Origin: Saprolegnia diclina VS20
Taxonomy: Eukaryota
Direction: 5' to 3'
NCBI RefSeq assembly: GCF_000281045.1
Contig: NW_008246068.1
Span: 46,564 to 110,563, forward strand
Length of the DNA stretch: 64,000 nt
Translations under genes and position numbers: made by a program
In this document: piece after piece, positions 58,988-64,000 of the stretch
Layout: each line of letters starts with the position of its first letter
Numbering within the stretch: the stretch's first letter is position 1
Notes under the pieces: model-generated
Told to the model about the DNA's origin: nothing
Databases searched by the model: none
Seen by the model: only the letters and a program-made list of their open reading frames with translations

Positions 58988-60004
58988 ATGCTGCGTCTAC
59001 TCGTCCTTGGCGCATTCGCTCTATGCAGCAACATCAACGCGGCAGCCGTCACGTTCTTCGAGCACCCGGCGTACCGAGGCCAGTCGCTCACTGTTGCCGC
59101 TGCCGACGACGCCACAACCGCGCTCCAACGCTGGTCCAAGCCAATCCAGTCGATCACGCTCGATGCCGACACGGAGCTCGTGACGTACGATCGCCCAGAG
59201 CGACAAGGCCAGGCCGCGATCTGGCGCTACTCGACCACACGCCTCGGCAGCTGGACAGAGCGCGTCGCGTCGTTTGAACTCCGACAAGCAAACACGGAAG
59301 CGACAGTACGCGATGTCAACTGGAAGCACCTCCGCGTTGCCACTGGCTACGTACAAGTGCGGGCGACCGACACGATCGAGTGCCGGTCGTTTGACGGTGT
59401 CAACTGCAACGTCAATCTGGCAAACACAACCAGCGACAACCGTGGATCGGTGCACCCGGCTCGGTGCGGCGCCGAGCACGCCATGTACTGGGGCGTCTCT
59501 GGCTTTGACGACGCTACGTCTTGGTGCTCGATCGCCAAAGCCGCATTGGCAGCGCCGACAACATCGTGGTCGTGCGTACCAGAGCAGTCGGATTGGCTCA
59601 TCGTTTCCTCGTCCTCCGACGGCTCACGCTGCGTGGGCCTCAATATATGCGATCGTTTTGGGAGCCTCGCAAGGTGTCAGGACGTCGCGTCGACGTTGCT
59701 TGGTACGGACATCGTCACCAGCTCTCGTTCGACAGAAAAGCCAGCGACCGAGACGATCCAGGCGTCGGCTTCGTCAACGACGTCAGCGGCCAAATCGGGC
59801 TGTACGTGCTTGCTTCTTTTGTGTGGTGTTGCTCAGAAGTGCTATGTAGGGATCTGGGGCCTTGGTGCGATGATTGTGGTGCTAGTCGCCGTCGGAATTG
59901 TGGTTGCGATTCATCTCAAGAAGGAAAAGTCGTCGGTCGATCGACTCGAAGCGACTTACTCGTCGAGCATCGGAGACGAAGACGACGTGCCCGGTCTAGT
60001 TTAA
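58988..60004 (+). CDS. Crystallin-like/Cys-rich single-pass surface protein, family member 8
   Basis: Near-identical ectodomain to member 7; in-frame phase-1 intron 59802-59849; TM; tail LEATYSSSIGDEDD. Confidence 0.85.
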   Translation: MLRLLVLGAFALCSNINAAAVTFFEHPAYRGQSLTVAAADDATTALQRWSKPIQSITLDADTELVTYDRPERQGQAAIWRYSTTRLGSWTERVASFELRQANTEATVRDVNWKHLRVATGYVQVRATDTIECRSFDGVNCNVNLANTTSDNRGSVHPARCGAEHAMYWGVSGFDDATSWCSIAKAALAAPTTSWSCVPEQSDWLIVSSSSDGSRCVGLNICDRFGSLARCQDVASTLLGTDIVTSSRSTEKPATETIQASASSTTSAAKSGCTCLLLLCGVAQKCYVGIWGLGAMIVVLVAVGIVVAIHLKKEKSSVDRLEATYSSSIGDEDDVPGLV

Positions 60005-60262
60005 ACGACATTTTGTTGACAGAAAACGCCTATCTACTCACTCTAAACACTAGTTCTAAACCTTGCTTGGCATAAAACAGGCGCAAGCCTCTTTTGCTGG
60101 CCACCCGTCGCTACTAGGGCCAGGGTCAACACAAACCAATCTAATTGCTTTATAACAAAGCCTAGTACCTAAGAACGTACTGACAAAGTGTATTGAGAAA
60201 AAAGTACTCGCTTCGATTGGTTGGGCTGTGGTCTATCGTCAATGATGAGAAATACGTCACGT

Positions 60263-60730
60263 CTAGAGGTCGCTCTTGGGACGCTCGTCGGTCTTCTTGG
60301 CCGCGCTGCCAAACTTCTTCCACTGCTTGACGACGACCGGCGTGACGAAGAACGTGAGCGGCCACCGGATCGGCGCGAGCATCTTGTAGAGTGCGTAGGT
60401 CACGACCGCGTTGCTGGCCGTGTGCACGCCATCGGACGACGTGGTCGCGTTCGCCGCGGCGACGCTGTTGCGCCAGCTGTCGAGGAAGGCGCCGACGTCG
60501 AGGCCCTTCGTGACGCTCACGTACAGCAGCGAGTACGAGAGGAGCGAGAGCGTCGTGTGCGTCACGAGCCCGACCGTGCCATACTCCTTGAGGAAGGCCT
60601 TGCCCTTCGCCGTCCAGCTCGTCGGTGGCGGCGCCTCGCGCTGCGTGCTCAGGCTAGCGGCCGTCGTCGTCGGGAGCATGGTCGTCGTCGGGCGGAGGCG
60701 GCGGAGGAATCGGCCAGTGTGGGCGAGCAT
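60263..60730 (-). CDS. FAM210/DUF1279-like mitochondrial membrane protein
   Basis: Arg-rich presequence; KAFLKEYGTVGLVTHTTLSLLSYSLLYVSVTKGLDV..YALYKMLAPIRWPLT. Confidence 0.85.
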   Translation of the reverse strand: MLAHTGRFLRRLRPTTTMLPTTTAASLSTQREAPPPTSWTAKGKAFLKEYGTVGLVTHTTLSLLSYSLLYVSVTKGLDVGAFLDSWRNSVAAANATTSSDGVHTASNAVVTYALYKMLAPIRWPLTFFVTPVVVKQWKKFGSAAKKTDERPKSDL

Positions 60731-61680
60731 CCCGACGGCCAGTTCTGAGGTCAGCCACACGACCCACGCATTCATTGGGCGCCGGCACAGCTTTTCAGCC
60801 AATCACATATCGCCATGCCTCGATGCCGCACGCCTGCCACGTACCCGCCAGCGCGCGACCACCGACCCCATGCGCTGCTGCTACATCAATGCAGACTCTC
60901 TAACGACGCGTGCTCAGTGCATGAAGTCGCTGGTGCAGGAGCGGGTCAGTGACGTGGCATCGGCCTGGCAAGGCTATGGGAGAGTGATGGTCCGACACTT
61001 GTGATCGACGCTTGCACCGGAGACGACAGGTCGAGAAGATATCGCGCTTGCTTGAAGGTTGACGCTCAGAGGCGTCTTCACCATATCGTGCTAGTGTATA
61101 TACCTTCGATACGTCTCGCCTTTTACCGGTATAGCTCTTTGGCCGTCCCTTCTACGGCTTCTCGCCGCCGCACGGTACCGGTACCGGTAGGTAGCCACTG
61201 CGCATGAGCCGTGTTGATGGCTTATCACTGTAATTCCAAAGGCGGCGACTCGTACACGCACGCTGCTGCCGCGTACGCGCCTTGTCGGCGAGAATGGCGG
61301 GGCCTCAAGTGCCTCAAGCGCCATAAAATGCAGTCCAACGCCCGCCCTTTTCTCGAAGCTTTGGGGTTGTTCGCGTGCAACACGAGGCCTGACAAAGGCG
61401 TCGGCAACGGTGTCGAACCCGCGACAACGGTTTGGCAACTTCAAGCCTCAAGGTTTAACATTCGTGCGCGCTCATAGGCCAGTGAAACGCTTCCAACGGC
61501 CACAGTTTGCCTTTCTGCGACACGGCTGCCATTCTGCCTTTCGCTCTGCCGCGTCCTGACGCCCTCCCGCCGCCTTCGTGTCGCGCTTCCTCTTTGCGAT
61601 CGACAAAGCCCCCTAAGCCGGCCGGGCTGTCCGGATAACCTCGTCCTCTCCCACGCCTTTGCATCTGTGACACGCCAAGT

Positions 61681-62763
61681 ATGACAGCGTCAAGAACCAC
61701 ATCACCACGCGCCGCCGGCATGGACCCGCCGCGCCGCAACACCGACACGGGCGACCCGCCGTCCGTCCAAGTCCTCTGCAACCATTCGCTCGTGCGCCGC
61801 CTGGCCGAGTTCCAGCCCGGCGTCGCGTACGCAATCACGGCGTACTGCCGCCAACTCAAGACGGACCGCCCGACGCTCGCGCTCGCGCTCAAAGACAACA
61901 GCCTCGTCGGCGTCGCCGCAGCGCGCGGCGACTTGCGCATGGTCCAGACGGTCCTCGCGCACATGGCCCATCCCGACCGCGCGATCGAGTACGCCATGTT
62001 CTGCGCGATCCTATCCGGCCAGCTCCACGTGCTCGAGCACCTCTACCGCGTCTGGCTCGAGAGCGACAGCAGCAACAACAACGCCGTGCCGCCGATCTCG
62101 ACGTATGCGCTCAACGGCGCCGCCAAGCACGGCCATCTTGCGATCCTGCGCTACTTGCACGCGCTGGACGGCGTCGTCGGCTGGACGACCGACTGCATGA
62201 ACAGCGCCGCGGCCTCGGGCCACCTCGACATCGTGCGCTTCTTGCACGAACATCGCAATGAAGGCTGCACCGTCTACGCGATGAACCAAGCCGCCGAGCA
62301 TGGCCATCTGCACGTCGTGCGCTTCCTCCACGAGCATCGTACGGAAGGGTGCACGAGCTTTGCGATGGACCAAGCGGCCAAGAACGGCCATCTCGGCGTT
62401 GTCCGCTTCCTCCACGAACACCGCAACGAAGGCTGCACGACGTACGCCATGACGAGCGCGGCCTTTTCGGGCCATTTAGAGATTGTTCGGTTCCTCCATG
62501 AAGTGCGCCACGAGGGCTGTACAAAGGAAGCGATGGACGGCGCCGCGCTGTACGGGCACCTCGACGTCGTCCGCTTCTTGCACGAGTACCGCAACGAAGG
62601 CTGCACGGCGCGCGCGATCAACTGGGCAGCCGCGCACGGCAGCCTCGACGTCGTCCGCTACTTGCATTTGCACCGGTCGGAAGGCTGCGTGCACCACGCA
62701 AGCGCGCTCGCGGCGCAGTTTGGCCACGCGACGATCGTGAGCTGGTGCCGCACGCTGCGGTAG
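61681..62763 (+). CDS. Ankyrin-repeat protein (EGCT..AM..AA..GHL type)
   Basis: Tandem ~33-aa repeats such as RNEGCTVYAMNQAAEHGHLHVVRFLHEH. Confidence 0.9.
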   Translation: MTASRTTSPRAAGMDPPRRNTDTGDPPSVQVLCNHSLVRRLAEFQPGVAYAITAYCRQLKTDRPTLALALKDNSLVGVAAARGDLRMVQTVLAHMAHPDRAIEYAMFCAILSGQLHVLEHLYRVWLESDSSNNNAVPPISTYALNGAAKHGHLAILRYLHALDGVVGWTTDCMNSAAASGHLDIVRFLHEHRNEGCTVYAMNQAAEHGHLHVVRFLHEHRTEGCTSFAMDQAAKNGHLGVVRFLHEHRNEGCTTYAMTSAAFSGHLEIVRFLHEVRHEGCTKEAMDGAALYGHLDVVRFLHEYRNEGCTARAINWAAAHGSLDVVRYLHLHRSEGCVHHASALAAQFGHATIVSWCRTLR

Positions 62764-63255
62764 ACCCTTCTTCTCTTATTTCTCGATATGGTTTGCATGA
62801 CTAAAGTGTACACCAACTAACGTACACAAATATATATTCCCAATGCCTTGCACGTGAATTCGCACACATGAGACAGAGAACCCGACGCTGCGGCTGCCAC
62901 GTCATAAGGTATCAAGTTTGACAATGTATGTATTTTGAGAGGACAAAAGATCGCCACGCGCGACCAGGTTGAAGAAGGTCCATCATGCGTTCTGAGAGAA
63001 TCACCAGTGCCACAATCGGCTGCGACGAGGCCACGGTCGCACTGGCTTGACGACGTACTATCTAAGGCAATCGGTGGCCCTTCAACTCTTTTCTTATTGC
63101 GCTGAGCGGCGGTGCTGATGGGGTTGACGAGGCTGTCAGTTCACACATGTGATTCTCGTCGGCAGGTTCGTAGCTCGAGTAGCGACGAGTCACCGGTTTT
63201 GTGTCGACGACAACCGAGCGAATCAACTACTAGTATTGGTTACAGTGGTGAACTA

Positions 63256-64000
63256 CTACAGTGTGACTAGACGATCGAGGACTTGGCTAGCTGTTGGCCG
63301 ACCTGCGGAGTCCACCAACGTGCACTCATTGACGAGATCTGCGTACCCTGGCGGATATGAGCTGCAGGTTTCGCCACGAAGATGCCATAGGGTCGCCCAG
63401 AGCTTACCAAGCGAGTAGACATTGGACGCGAACGTTGTTGGTGCCCCGGCGGCCACTTCGGGCGCCATGTACAGTGCAGCGCCCGTGGTGTCGACGCCGC
63501 AGCTTTTCACCTTGACGCGTCCGTTGCCGTCGACGGCGATGGCATTTGGGACCAAATGTGCCACGACCGCCTTCCGTGCATGCAGTGCCGCCAGCGCTTC
63601 AGTTATCGCGCGCACCAGCGCCATGACGTGGCAGCTCGTGCGTTGCAGAAACGGTCGCAGCCTCGTCGTCGCCTCGACAACGACCATCGGCGTCGGGAGC
63701 TCGAGAACGAGGCCGAGCAAGTGCACCGTGTGCTCCGAGTTGTGGCGGTAGGCGTCGAGGACAAGCTGTTGGGCGCTGTGTCCGCGCGGCGCGGGCTCAA
63801 GCACGACCGAGGCACCCAGGTACAAGTACGCGATCGGGTGTCCCACCGGGCTGCCAACGATCTGGAGGAGCTGCAACGGAATGATCGGCAACGGCGCCAC
63901 GGTCCACACCAGCGGCTGTAAGACACGTGCGGCGGCGCCGGCCGTCGGCCGCTCCCGAGGATCCCGCTGCATACACTGACGCGCAAGCGCAAGAAGGCCC
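63256..64000 (-). CDS. 3' part of a tandem-kinase gene ending in a probable pseudokinase domain (partial, runs off the window)
   Basis: End of one kinase domain (QCMQRDPRERPTA), then a second fold with YMAPEV, SNVYSLG and RPTASQV, but HLVPNAI in place of HRDLxxxN and KSCG in place of DFG. Confidence 0.7.
   Translation of the reverse strand, partial: GLLALARQCMQRDPRERPTAGAAARVLQPLVWTVAPLPIIPLQLLQIVGSPVGHPIAYLYLGASVVLEPAPRGHSAQQLVLDAYRHNSEHTVHLLGLVLELPTPMVVVEATTRLRPFLQRTSCHVMALVRAITEALAALHARKAVVAHLVPNAIAVDGNGRVKVKSCGVDTTGAALYMAPEVAAGAPTTFASNVYSLGKLWATLWHLRGETCSSYPPGYADLVNECTLVDSAGRPTASQVLDRLVTL

Larger units (their letters stand above)
56395..59807 (+). repeat. Recent ~1.05-kb direct duplication (56395-57443 vs 58752-59807)
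   Basis: Near-identical promoter plus first exon of family members 7 and 8. Identity ends just after the intron donor gtacgt. Confidence 0.92.

Overview
This is GC-rich eukaryotic DNA with short (mostly 42-60 nt) GT-AG introns, oomycete-type Inr/FPR and CCAAT promoters, and three N-gaps. The gene content points to an oomycete, probably Saprolegniales (inferred). Conventional genes include DnaJ, an LRR protein, EML-WD40-SH3, a Rab, CLEC16A, a Nup153-like nucleoporin, an ENT transporter, cytidine deaminase, FAM210-like, an ankyrin protein and kinases. Two unusual systems stand out. (1) At 39.6-50.0 kb, six highly diverged, apparently intron-free genes carry Ty1/copia Gag-like motifs and CCHC zinc knuckles, with no pol, LTR or PBS visible. 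This is a candidate cluster of domesticated Gag genes, with a fixed-spacing double-knuckle module CX2CX4HX4C-X23-CX2CX8HX4C. (2) Eight single-pass surface proteins (signal peptide, beta/gamma-crystallin-like domain, tandem Cys-rich domain, TM, and a conserved cytoplasmic [ED]ATYCSS-acidic tail) sit in two subclusters. Between them is a receptor-like kinase with two crystallin-like ectodomains. Also notable are a Rab with a WW domain and a HET/TIR-like-TPR protein. All calls come from reading the sequence by eye; no database searches were run.
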